Shown: positions 38,830 to 48,617, numbered from the stretch's first letter. The stretch is DNA of 64,000 nucleotides from an uncultured delta proteobacterium (GCA_963806225.1 CAWDXG010000001.1:1952001-2016000), one strand, 5' to 3'. Notes: generated by a model from the sequence alone, not told the origin. Translations and numbers: made by a program.

Positions 38830-40121
38830 ATGACAACGACCCGGGGGCTTCTGCCGGCTCTTGTCCTGGGACTCTCGCTGGTCCTGGGCGCTGCGCCCGC
38901 GCGCGCCGCCGACAGCGTGGCGGGGCTCCGGGCCGCGGCGCTGCACCCGCCGTCCGATCCGGTCAAGGCCCTCGAGCTCGGGCGCTCGCTCGGTCGAGCC
39001 GGCCTGTGTGGCGAAGCGGTGCGCGTGCTGCGCCACGGCTACTTCCGCGCCGGCAAGGACAAGTCGACCGCCATCCAGCTGCGCCTCCAGGCCGCGCGTA
39101 CGCTGATCGCCGAGCGCAAGCAGAAGGCGGCCCTGCGCGAGTGTCGCGGGCTCAGGCCGTTGTCGCCTGTCAAGGCGGACGCCTGCACGGCCGAAGCGCA
39201 GCTCCTGTGGCGGCGCGCTTCGCTCGCTCTTCCTGCAGCCGAACGCGCGCTGTCGAGTTCACCGCACGACTACGACGCGCTGGTGGCGAAGGGCCGTGCG
39301 CTCGAGCAGATGGGCAAGCCAACCGAGGCGCAGGCCGCGTTCCGCGCGGCCATCGCCGCCGACGGATCGCGCTACGAGGCCCACCGCTACCTCGCCGCGC
39401 TGCTGTACGAGGGCGGTGGGAGCAAGGCCGGTCTGGCCGAGCTCCGCACCGCGGCGCGCCTGGGCCCCGACGAGCCCGCGCTGCTGGTGCAGCTCGCGTC
39501 GCAGCTGCCCGCGGGCAAGCGAAGCGGAGACGCTGCTGAAGCACGCGCTCTCGCTCAGGCCGGACTACGGCGCAGCGCTGGCGCAGCTCGGCGAAAACCA
39601 GCTCGAGCAGGGACAGCTCGCGCCGGCGGCGGCGTCGTTGAAACGTGCGCTCGCGATCGATCCGAAGCAGGCCGACTGGCATGCCGATCTCGGCCGGGTG
39701 CTGCTCGCGCAGGGCGACGCGGACAAAGGCACTGGCCGAGGCGAAGCAGGCGCTCTCGATCGTGCACAACCACGCCGCCGGCAAGTTGCTCGAGGCCGAT
39801 GCGCTGGCCGCGCGCGGCGACATCGATCCGGCCATCGAGGCCTACGAGAAGGCGCACGCCCTGTCGCGCACCAGCCCGGAGGCGCTCGTCCACGCGGCGC
39901 GCGCCTGTCTGCACGGGGCCCGCCCCACCACGGCGCACGCATTTGCGTCGCGTGCGACTGAGGATTTCCCGGACTGGGCGCCGGGCTGGGAAGTCCTTGG
40001 CGACGTGCTGGCGGCCGGGCAGGAGCCGAAGGCAGCCCGGGACGCCTACAAAAAGGCGCTCAAAGCCCATGGTCCGGTGGACCGCAAAGGAATCCAGAAG
40101 AAGCTGGCGCGGATTCGCTAG
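38830..40121 (+). CDS. Secreted TPR protein (frameshifts near 39520 and 39729)
   Basis: TPR-like segments continue across three frames (38830, 39296 and 39645 ORFs), ending ...QKKLARIR at 40121. Confidence 0.75.
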
Positions 40122-40143
40122 ACTGTCGGGTACTGCCCCCTCC

Positions 40144-41044
40144 ATGAAGAGATTGCCCCTCCCCTCCAAGGTGACGGCGCCTGGCGTCGATGCGGCGTTC
40201 TGGCGTCGCATGGCCTTTGCCGGAGCGCGCTACGGCCCGCGACCCTGGGTCCGCTACAGCCCGCCGCTGTTCGGTCTCGCGTTCGCCGCCCTCTTGCCCG
40301 AGCATCGCGCGCGCGTGCGGGACAACCTGCGCCGCATCCTTGGCGAGCGCAGCGCAACTCGAAGAGAACGTCGACGTCGCGCGCACCTTCGCTACCTATG
40401 CGCGCTGCCTTGCCGAGTCGTTGGCCAGAGGGCGCCCGGAAGCGCAGCGCGCCCGTCGGCGACTGCGCGGGACGGAGCATCTCGAACGCGCTCGTGGCGG
40501 CAGGGCGCGGCATCGTGCTGGTGACGGCGCACACCGGTGCGTGGGATGCCGCTGCGCATCTGTTGCCGCGCGATGCGGGGCTCGAGGTGATGGTCGTGAT
40601 GCACGCCGAGCCGGACGTGCGCGCGCGCCTGTTGCACGACCAGGTGCGGCGCAGCGAGGGCGTCCGTGTCGTCCATGTCGGCAGCCCATCCGCTCGACAG
40701 CTCTGCCGCTCCTGAAACACCTGGGGCGGGCGGGGTCGTCGCGGCGCAGATCGACCGTTCCTATCCCAACCAGCGTTCGCTCGACGTGGAGATGTTCGGC
40801 AGCCCCGTTCCGCATACCCGAGGGGCCGTTCGTGTTGTCGGCCCTGGTCGGCGCACCCGTGCTGCCGGTGTTCGTGCGGCGGGTCGACTATTTCGACTAC
40901 GAGTTCTCGATCAGCCCGGCCATCCAGTTGCCGCGCCGGGCCGGGCCCCGATGACTCCGGCGGGCTGCCGAACAGGCGACGATGGAGATGGAGCGTTTCA
41001 TCCGCGCCCATCCCACCCAGTGGTTCCATTTCGGCGGCGGGTAG
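40144..41044 (+). CDS. Lipid A/lysophospholipid acyltransferase family protein (several frameshifts)
   Basis: Pieces RVRDNLRRILG, GIVLVTAHTGAWD, PEGPFVLSALVGAPVLP and ERFIRAHPTQWFHF lie in different frames. Confidence 0.75.
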
Positions 41045-41100
41045 GGCCGGTTCCGACGGAACTGGCGCGCCGAGGCGCGCTTTGGCAAAAGGACCCGACC

Positions 41101-41861
41101 ATGTGGCTCCATATCGGCCAGTCCGCGCTCTACGGTGACATCAGCCGCTACGCGCAGCGGTTCAACCTGCTCGAGCTCCGCGCGGAGCCGGGGAGGCTGC
41201 CGAAACCTGCAACGCTCAAGCGATGGCTGAGCGCGGTGCCGGAAGGCTTCCGGTTTTCAGGTGATGCTGCCCCGCGCCGTCGGGTCGCTTGTGCCCGGCG
41301 AAGCGCAGGAGTCGGCGCTCGGCTACGCGCTCCAAAGCGCGCGCGCGCTCGACGCAGCCTGGCTGGTGCTCCAGACGCCATCGTCGGTGATGCCCGGAGC
41401 GCGCTCTCCGGGACGCTGGCCGAGCTGGTCGAGCGGCTCGCCGGGCTCGTGGCGGATCGCCTGGGAGCCCCGCGGCGTGTGGGAAGACGACGAAGCGGAG
41501 CGGCTCGCGAAGTCCCTCGGGGTGCACCTGGTCCGCGATCTCACCCGGCGCGAGCCGCCCGCCGACGACGTGCTGTACACCCGCCTGCTGGCTCTCGGCG
41601 AAGCCGCCGAGCTCCGCGCAGCGGCCGTCGAAGCGCTCGCCGAGCGTCTGGTCGGTCAGCTCCGAGGCCTGGGTGGTGGTCGAGGGCAGGGGCGCAGTGC
41701 GGGCAGTGCAGATGCTGCGCGAGCTGAGCGCCGACGAAGCGCAAGACGGCGAGGGGCGTGACGAAGCGGGCGACGGCGGTTACGTTGCGTGGAACGGCGT
41801 CGCGGACGGAATGCCGGGCGACGAGCCGGACGACCCCGACGACCCCGACGACCCCGACTGA
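41101..41861 (+). CDS. DUF72-like protein (frameshifted)
   Basis: YAQRFNLLEL...PKPATLKRWLSAVPEGFRFS, then LVLQTP and IAWEPRGVW in another frame; acidic (DDP)n tail. Confidence 0.7.
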
Positions 41862-41879
41862 GGAACTGGACGACCGCGC

Positions 41880-42862
41880 ATGACCACTCGAGCCGCCGCT
41901 ATCGCGAACGATCCGATTGCCGATGAAGCCGCCCAGGACTTTCTCGCGTCGGGCGGGTCGGCCGTCGGAGCCGTGCTTACGGGATTCTTCGCCGCCGGCG
42001 GCGCGTTCGCCGGGGTGCTGCTGGGACCGGTGAGCATCCTGGTGGGCGGGGTCGGCGTCGGCGCGCGCGCGTTCGACGGTCGTCTCCGCCAGCCGGGGCT
42101 CGGTACCAAGCGCCCGCGCGGGTTCAAGGCCGGGGAAGAGGTCCCGGATTCCGCGCGCGTCGCCATCCCGACCGGAGTGGTTGCGGCGCTGGTGGCTCAC
42201 GCCTACGACGGCAGCCAGCGGCTCGGCACCATCCTCAAGCCCGGCATCTCCCGTGCTCAGCGCAGCGGTGCGGAAGCGCGCGCTGCGCTGCTCAAGCGCA
42301 TCCGCTCGGCGGGCGCCGCCGCCTTGACCGAAGCGGCGTTCGTCCGGCCGGTGCTGCGTATCGCAGGGCCGAGCCAGGGGGGCTGGTGACGCCGTCCGAT
42401 TTCGGCACGATTCCGGACATCGACCAGGACGCGGGCGAGCGCAAGCTCGACGCTGGCAGCCTCCTCGAGCCGCCCTGGGCGGAAGAGGGCGAGGGCGTCG
42501 TCGAGGACGCCGAGGCGTTGGGGATCGGTTTCGCCGTCTGTGCGATCGACGTGCGCGGAGTCTTCGCAGCGCTGTGCTACCGCCGCATCTCCGATGGACT
42601 GCCCATCGACGACCTGGATCTGGAAGCACCGATGGCGGCCGTGCCGGTGCAGCGCGGCGTGACGCGCGTCGCGCCGGGCGCGCGCATCCCGGCGCCTGCG
42701 CCCATCGCCATCCGCCGCGACAAGAGCGGAACGCCGCTCGAGGTCATCGCCGGCCCCATGCTCGCATCGGCTCGACGATCCGTCGAAGGCCAAGCCGCTA
42801 CTGGTCGTCAAGCGCGACCCGCATACGCAGGCGACCGAAGCGCGTACGGGTCGACTGCCTAG
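41880..42862 (+). CDS. Hypothetical protein with a gamma-glutamyltranspeptidase-like N-terminus (frameshift near 42380)
   Basis: AAQDFLASGGSAVGAV...AFDGRLRQPG...VAIP resembles the GGT N-terminus; the frame breaks at a G6 run. Confidence 0.5.
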
Positions 42863-42917
42863 CGAAGCGTTCCGGCCCGCATCCGGCTACAGCCGCGAGG
42901 CGGGCCGCGGTGCGGAG

Positions 42918-43145
42918 CTAGGCGACCTTGGTGCCGTGGCGCTTCGCGAACGCGACGAGGCCGATCTTGTCGATCGTGCGCAGGTCACGCGTCGTCAGCT
43001 TGAGCGTGACGTAGCGACCCAGCTCGGGAACCCAGAGCCGGCGGCGCTGCACGTTCACGTGCTGCCAGCGCGGCGTCTTGATGTTCGAGTGCGACACGTT
43101 GCGCGCGCTGTGGCGACGCTTGCCGGTGATCTCGCTTCTGGCCAT
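42918..43145 (-). CDS. rpmB: 50S ribosomal protein L28
   Basis: MARSEITGKRRHSARNVSHSNIKTPRWQHVNVQ...LRTIDKIG. Confidence 0.92.
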   Translation of the reverse strand: MARSEITGKRRHSARNVSHSNIKTPRWQHVNVQRRRLWVPELGRYVTLKLTTRDLRTIDKIGLVAFAKRHGTKVA

Positions 43146-43158
43146 GGGGGGCGGGAAG

Positions 43159-44094
43159 CTAGCCCACGGGCCCGTCCTGTTCAAGGCCGGAATCGTCCTC
43201 GTCCACCAGGCGCATCGGGCTCGAGACCCGCCGGGCGTCGCCTGCCAGGGCGGCGGACAGCAGCTGGAACAGCCCCAGGCTGGTGAGCAGCCCGGCGCAC
43301 AGGATGGCCACGGCGGTCGCGGGATAGGTCAACCAGCCGGTGTCCCCCTCGGCCAGCGGCGTCAGCTGCCGGACCGCGATCTCCAGGGGCAGCACTGCCA
43401 GGACCAGCGCTGCCCAGACCGTCCCGGCGCCGGTCGTGCCCTCGCCCATGAACCCGAGCAGGCTGCAGCCGATCACCACCACGTCGGCCCCGGCGGCAAT
43501 GCGGGGCAGCAGCGCGGCCGCCGGATTGATGGCCAGCATCACCTCCACCACCACGAAGGGCAGAGCCAGCGCCAGCGCGGCGGCCAGCATCACCCTGGCC
43601 CGCCGGTAGGCGCGGTAGTGGGCCCGGAACAGCAGGGCTGCCGGCAGGGCCGTCAGCGTCACCAGCCGCCCCAGATCCCGCAGCAGGCCCCCGTCCACAG
43701 CGATGCCTGCCATCGGGCCCGCGCCGCGGAAGCCCAGCGCCATCAGCGCCGCGCCCAGCAGGAAGGCGACACCAGCTCTGAGCGCGTAGGGGAACGGGAG
43801 CAGGGCCAGGGCCCCCAGGGCGCCTGCCGCCGAGAACGACAGCGTCGACGAATCCAGCCGCTCTGTCGGCACACCGACCCCATGCCGGAAGGCCAGGCCC
43901 AGCGCGACCAGCAGCGCGGCCGCCACCACCAGCCAGATCCGGATCGCCTGGCGTGCGGGTTCCTTCGGGGCCAGCTCGTCCCGAAGCACCTCGGACGCCA
44001 GCAGGGGCTTGGGGGTCCCGGTAGCGGAAAGTGCCTGGTGGACGCCCGATGTCGGGCCCCGCTGGGCGGCGGCAGTCGAGGGTTCCGATGCCAT
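43159..44094 (-). CDS. Hypothetical multi-pass membrane protein
   Basis: About 8 hydrophobic segments. Confidence 0.7.
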   Translation of the reverse strand: MASEPSTAAAQRGPTSGVHQALSATGTPKPLLASEVLRDELAPKEPARQAIRIWLVVAAALLVALGLAFRHGVGVPTERLDSSTLSFSAAGALGALALLPFPYALRAGVAFLLGAALMALGFRGAGPMAGIAVDGGLLRDLGRLVTLTALPAALLFRAHYRAYRRARVMLAAALALALPFVVVEVMLAINPAAALLPRIAAGADVVVIGCSLLGFMGEGTTGAGTVWAALVLAVLPLEIAVRQLTPLAEGDTGWLTYPATAVAILCAGLLTSLGLFQLLSAALAGDARRVSSPMRLVDEDDSGLEQDGPVG

Positions 44095-44123
44095 CAGAGG
44101 TTGGGGGAGCGAACGTTAGGCGT

Positions 44124-45012
44124 TCATGCTAGCGCCAGCTGCCCCAGGCGGGCTACCAGCGTTCGGCAGAACGACTGCACCTTGCTGAAATCACTCAGCA
44201 TTTCTAGCAAGCGTCTTCTCGTCCATGTACAGCCTGCGCGCCAACTCCACCTGCACCGCGTGCACCCCGTCGCCGGGGCGGCCGTAGTGCGTGGTGCTGT
44301 AACCGCCCCGGTAGGGGTCGTCGTGGGACACGCTCCAGCCGAGCTCTCCGGCTACCCGCTCCGGCGTCAGGATCACCTCGGGGGCCGCCGAGGTGCGCCC
44401 CCGGCTGCCCGGCACGACATCGGCCCGGACGCGGCCCGGGTCGCTGTGTCCCGAACGGCCCCGGCTGGGCATGGAGTGCCCGCAGAGCAGGATGGCGAAG
44501 CCGAAGCGGCGGCGCTTGTCCTCGAGGAGCTCGCGCAGCGTGTTGTGGTAGGGCCGGTAGATCTGCTCCAGGCGCCGTTCCAGCTCCGCGCGGGGCAGGG
44601 GACCGGCGATGGCCGGCAGGGCCTCGGTAGTGGTGCGCCAGACCAGTCCGTGCGGCGTGGAGCGCGCGTTGCCGCCCTCGGCCGTCAGCGCGTCAACGTC
44701 ACCTTCACCGCGGTTCAGGTCGCAGACATAGCGGCTGACCCGGGAGGCGAGCAGCGTCGCGCCTTCGAGCGGCGCTGCGGCGTACAGCTCGTCGACGTAC
44801 AGATCCGCGTCGAAACCCAGCGCCCGGGCGGGCGCCTCCAGGGTTGCCAGCGATTGCGGGTCGACGGACAGGCCGGCGTGCGGCACCTCGACGACCACCG
44901 GGATTTCCGCTGCCTGGGGCTCTTGCACGGAAAAGAACACGAAAGACCTCGCGCGAGCTTCTAGCACAGTCGTCCGCCATTGGCTGTCGGTCAGCGGGGG
45001 TTGGGGGGGCAC
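44124..45012 (-). CDS. N-formylglutamate amidohydrolase (probable frameshift near 44200; start uncertain)
   Basis: VEVPHAG, DADLYVDELY, SRYVCDLNR, YRPYH, HSMPS, PYRGGY, HAVQVELARRLYMDE. The ORF stops at 44191, but an alternative frame supplies a plausible terminal helix (DFSKVQSFCRTLVARL) ending at 44124. Confidence 0.85.
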
Positions 45013-45066
45013 CCCGCGAGGTCCCGGAGCAGGCCCACCCCGCCCGTCGCAGCAGCCCGCGCCGCG

Positions 45067-45987
45067 CTATCCGCGCGGATGCGAGCGCTGGTGCGCGCGG
45101 CGTACGTGGTCTCGGTTGACGTGGGTGTAGATCTCCGTCGTCGCTACGTCCGCATGGCCGAGCAGGGTCTGCACGCTGCGCAGATCGGCGCCCCCGGCGA
45201 GCAGGTGGGTCGCGAAGGAGTGGCGGAGCTGGTGCGGGTACACGCTGCCGCGGATGCCGGCGGCGCGGGCGTAGCGCCGCACCGCCTTCCAGAATGCCTG
45301 CCGGGTGAGCGCGCCGCCGCGCGGCGACAGGAACAGCACGTCATCCATCTCCCGCGCGCTGGCGCCGCGGCGCTCGGCGGCCTTGCGGGCCTGTGCCTGC
45401 CGCTGGACGAGGTAGGCGTCGAGGTGCGTGAGCGAGATCTCGCCGAGCGGAACCAGGCGGCGCTTGCCACCCTTGCCGAACGCGGCGACCACGCCGCGCT
45501 GCGAGTCGACATCGCCGAGCTTCAAGCCGCAGAGCTCGCTCACGCGCAGCCCGGCGGCGTACGCAAGGCTGAGCATGGCGCGGTCGCGCAGGCCGCGCAG
45601 GGTGTTGGTGTCGGGCGTCTCGATCAGGCGCACCAGGTCGTGCTCGCTCAACGCGTGCGGCAGGCGGCGGCCGAAGCGCGGTCTGGCCGACTGCGACGTG
45701 GGATCGGCGGACAGGACGCCCTCTCGCACGAGGAAGCGCATCAGGCCGCGAGCGGCGGAGAGGTGCCGGGCGGTGCTGCGGGCGCCGAGACCGCTCTTGG
45801 CGAGGGAGCCGAGCCAGGCACTCAGGAGGCCGGGGTCGAGGCCGTCGGGCGCGGACACGCCCTGCGTCTCGGCGAAGGCGACGAGCTTCGCGAGATCGCG
45901 GGCGTAGGCCTGGACGGTGTGCGGCGAGAGGGCGCGTTCGACGCGGAGGTGGTCGAGGAAGAGGTCGACGAGGGCGTCGAGGGTCAC
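45067..45987 (-). CDS. xerD: Site-specific tyrosine recombinase XerD
   Basis: ERALSPHTVQAYARDL, RDRAMLSLAYAAGLRVSEL, GKGGKRRLVP, LTRQAFWK, PHQLRHSFATHLL, LGHADVATTEIYTHV; the R-K-H-R-H-Y catalytic set is intact. Confidence 0.9.
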   Translation of the reverse strand: MTLDALVDLFLDHLRVERALSPHTVQAYARDLAKLVAFAETQGVSAPDGLDPGLLSAWLGSLAKSGLGARSTARHLSAARGLMRFLVREGVLSADPTSQSARPRFGRRLPHALSEHDLVRLIETPDTNTLRGLRDRAMLSLAYAAGLRVSELCGLKLGDVDSQRGVVAAFGKGGKRRLVPLGEISLTHLDAYLVQRQAQARKAAERRGASAREMDDVLFLSPRGGALTRQAFWKAVRRYARAAGIRGSVYPHQLRHSFATHLLAGGADLRSVQTLLGHADVATTEIYTHVNRDHVRRAHQRSHPRG

Positions 45988-46075
45988 GGAGTACAGGGTA
46001 TCTGCGCAGCGGCGGGCAGGCCAGAATTGGGCGCGGCCTAGGCTCGCACCGCTTCGCTCGCTGGCTCGCTGGCTC

Positions 46076-46120
46076 GGGGCGGGTCCGGGTTGCGGGTGCG
46101 GGTGCGGGTGCAGGGGCGGG
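46076..46120 (+). repeat. (GGGTGC)n-type G-tract run with G-quadruplex potential
   Basis: Eight runs of at least 3 G separated by 1-4 nt: ggggcgggtccgggttgcgggtgcgggtgcgggtgcaggggcggg. Confidence 0.6.
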
Positions 46121-46161
46121 CGCGATGCGGTGTTGGTGCGCCGGCGTCCACGCGCGCGGTA

Positions 46162-46817
46162 CGCGGCGACATTCAGGAGGGGATAACCGGTTATGTGGGG
46201 GCGAAGTGTCGTCGAGCGTCGGGTCGCGGCGGCGCGCGGCGACATTCAGGAGGGGATAACCGGTTATGTGGGGGCGAAGTGTCGTCGAGCGTCGGGTCGC
46301 GGCGGCGCGCGGCGACATTCAGGAGGGGATAACCGGTTATGTGGGGGCGAAGTGTCGTCGAGCGTCGGGTCGCGGCGGCGCGCGGCGACATTCAGGAGGG
46401 GATAACCGGTTATGTGGGGGCGAAGTGTCGTCGAGCGTCGGGTCGCGGCGGCGCGCGGCGACATTCAGGAGGGGATAACCGGTTATGTGGGGGCGAAGTG
46501 TCGTCGAGCGTCGGGTCGCGGCGGCGCGCGGCGACATTCAGGAGGGGATAACCGGTTATGTGGGGGCGAAGTGTCGTCGAGCGTCGGGTCGCGGCGGCGC
46601 GCGGCGACATCCAGGAGGGGATAACCGGTTATGTGGGGGCGAAGTGTCGTCGAGCGTCGGGTCGCGGCGGCGCGCGGCGACATCCAGGAGGGGATAACCG
46701 GTTATGTGGGGGCGAAGTGTCGTCGAGCGTCGGGTCGCGGCGGCGCGCGGCGACATTCAGGAGGGGATAACCGGTTATGTGGGGGTGAAGTGTCGTCGAG
46801 CGTCGGGTCGCGGCGGC
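46162..46817. repeat. Intergenic tandem array of nine 73-bp units, each with the palindrome ATAACCGGTTAT
   Basis: Unit cgcggcgacattcaggaggggataaccggttatgtgggggcgaagtgtcgtcgagcgtcgggtcgcggcggcg starts at 46162, 46235, 46308, 46381, 46454, 46527, 46600, 46673 and 46746. There are no spacers. Confidence 0.98.
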
Positions 46818-46818
46818 T

Positions 46819-47580
46819 TCAGCCTGCCGCGACGAGCTCGCGCAGCAGCGGCTCCGGGTCGTCCTGGCGCATCAGCGTTTCGCCGACCAGCGCGGCGTCC
46901 GCTGGCGAGGCCGCCACGCGCGTCACGTCCGCTGGCGCGGCGATGCCCGAGAGGTGTACCCGCGTTACCGCGGCGGGCAGTGTCGCGAGCACGCGTGCGG
47001 CGCGCTCGCCGTCCATCTCCAGCGTGTCGAGATCGCGCGCATTGACGCCGACGAGATCGGCGCCTGCGTCGAGGGCGCGCGCGGCCTCGTCCTCCGTGAC
47101 GACCTCGACGAGCGGCACGAGCTGCCGTGCGCGCGCGGCGGCTATCATCGGAGCGAGCTTGCCGGGTGGGAGGCAACGCACGATCACGAGCACGGCGTCC
47201 GCTCCGAACGCGCGCGCGGCATCGAGCTGCGCCTCTTCGATCACGAACTCCTTGCACAGGATCGGCAGCTCGCAGGCGGCGCGGGCCTCGGCGAGGTGCT
47301 CCCAGGCGCCGTCGAAGAACTGCCGGTCGGCGAGCACGCTCAGCATGCGCGCGCCGGCGCGCTCGTAGGCCGCCGCGCGCTCTGGCACACCGAGCCGCGT
47401 GGACAGCGCGCCGGCCGAGGGCGAGCGGCGTTTGATCTCCGCGATCAGTCGCAGCGGCTCGCCAGCGGGCCGCGACAGCTGCACCCGGCGGAGCTCGCTG
47501 GGAGGGCTCGGCAGCCGCCTTTCGCGGAGCGCGGCGACCTCGTCGCGTTTGACGGACAGGATGCGCTCGAGCACGGTCAA
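46819..47580 (-). CDS. trpC: Indole-3-glycerol-phosphate synthase
   Basis: LIAEIKRRSPSAG, LSVLAD, PILCKEF, GADAVL, GVNARDL; TTGA overlap with trpD. Confidence 0.93.
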   Translation of the reverse strand: MTVLERILSVKRDEVAALRERRLPSPPSELRRVQLSRPAGEPLRLIAEIKRRSPSAGALSTRLGVPERAAAYERAGARMLSVLADRQFFDGAWEHLAEARAACELPILCKEFVIEEAQLDAARAFGADAVLVIVRCLPPGKLAPMIAAARARQLVPLVEVVTEDEAARALDAGADLVGVNARDLDTLEMDGERAARVLATLPAAVTRVHLSGIAAPADVTRVAASPADAALVGETLMRQDDPEPLLRELVAAG

Positions 47581-48617
47581 TCCGTCGGTGCGCGATGCTT
47601 CTCTGTTGCGGCGCGCCAGCGATCGAGCGCGCGCGCGGCCGCGCCGGTCTCCAGGGTTTCGCGCACTCGATCGACTGCGGCGCGCGCCGGGAGCTCTTCG
47701 GCGACGACCAGCGCCGCCGCGGCGTTGAGCACGAATGCGTCCGTAGCCGGGTGCGGTCTGCCCGACAGCACCTCGCGCAGGATGCCCGCGTTGTGCGCGG
47801 CGTCGCCACCGGCGATCGCACCCTCGGCGCTCGGCTGCAGACCGAAATCCTCCGGCGCGATCCGGTGTTCGGTGAGCGAGCCGCCTGATAGCTCGGTGAC
47901 GCGCGTCGCGCCGAAGGGGCTCACCTCGTCCAGGCCGTCCTCGCCGCGCACCACCCACGCACGCTGGACGCCGAGCGTGCGGAGCGTCTCCGCCAACACC
48001 GGGCGCACGCTGTCGTCGTAGGCGCCGAGCAGCTGGTGCGTCGCCCGGGCCGGGTTCGCGAGCGGACCGAGCAGGTTGAAGATGGTGCGGATGCCGAGCT
48101 CCCGCCGGGCGACCCCGCCGTGACGCATCGCCGGGTGGTGCGCCGGTGCCATCAGGAACGCGATGTTCGCCTCGCGGAGCACGTCGGCGGCCGCGTGCGG
48201 CGGCAGATCGAGCGGGAGCCCCAGCGCTTCCAGCACGTCGGCGCTGCCGGCGCGGCTCGACACGGCGCGGTTGCCGTGCTTCGCGACCGGTACGCCCGCG
48301 GCGGCCACGATGATCGCGGCGCCGGTCGACAGATTCACCGTGCCGAGCCCGTCGCCGCCGGTGCCGCAGGTGTCGAGCAAGCGTGACAGTCCGTGATCCA
48401 CCCCCAGCATGGCAGCGCGCATCGACTCCACCGCGGCGGCGATGACCGGGGCGGACTCGCCGCGCATGCGCAGCGAGACGGCGAAGCCGGCCACCTGCAC
48501 CGGCGTCCAGTCGCCGGCCAGGATCGCGTCGAACACCCGGCGCACCGTTTCCGGCGAGATACCCGCCGGACTGGAGAGCTCGGCATACACTTCGGAAAAC
48601 CGCGGGGCTTCGCTCAC
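47577..48617 (-). CDS. trpD: Anthranilate phosphoribosyltransferase
   Basis: [48 protein letters not shown]. Confidence 0.97.
   Translation of the reverse strand: MSEAPRFSEVYAELSSPAGISPETVRRVFDAILAGDWTPVQVAGFAVSLRMRGESAPVIAAAVESMRAAMLGVDHGLSRLLDTCGTGGDGLGTVNLSTGAAIIVAAAGVPVAKHGNRAVSSRAGSADVLEALGLPLDLPPHAAADVLREANIAFLMAPAHHPAMRHGGVARRELGIRTIFNLLGPLANPARATHQLLGAYDDSVRPVLAETLRTLGVQRAWVVRGEDGLDEVSPFGATRVTELSGGSLTEHRIAPEDFGLQPSAEGAIAGGDAAHNAGILREVLSGRPHPATDAFVLNAAAALVVAEELPARAAVDRVRETLETGAAARALDRWRAATEKHRAPTD

Noticed and set aside
41829..41858. 9-bp gacgacccc microrepeat
   Set aside because: About three copies encoding an acidic DDP tail; too short to be informative.
46176..46201. The chromosomal dif site itself
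   Set aside because: The centre is 4 bp, the outer XerD arm is poly-G, and nine direct copies of an active dif would be expected to collapse. Kept only as dif-like.
46090..46770. Series of 66-80 aa ORFs on both strands inside the array
   Set aside because: They are generated by the 73-bp period cycling through frames. The N-terminal extension of the xerD ORF to 46245 is the same artefact.
46162..46817. CRISPR array
   Set aside because: The units are contiguous and near-identical with no unique spacers, and there are no cas genes in the window.
45067..46817. Integron, prophage or genomic island built around the tyrosine recombinase
   Set aside because: The protein looks like housekeeping XerD with no evident IntI-specific insertion. 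The flanks are core genes, and there are no cassette ORFs or phage genes.
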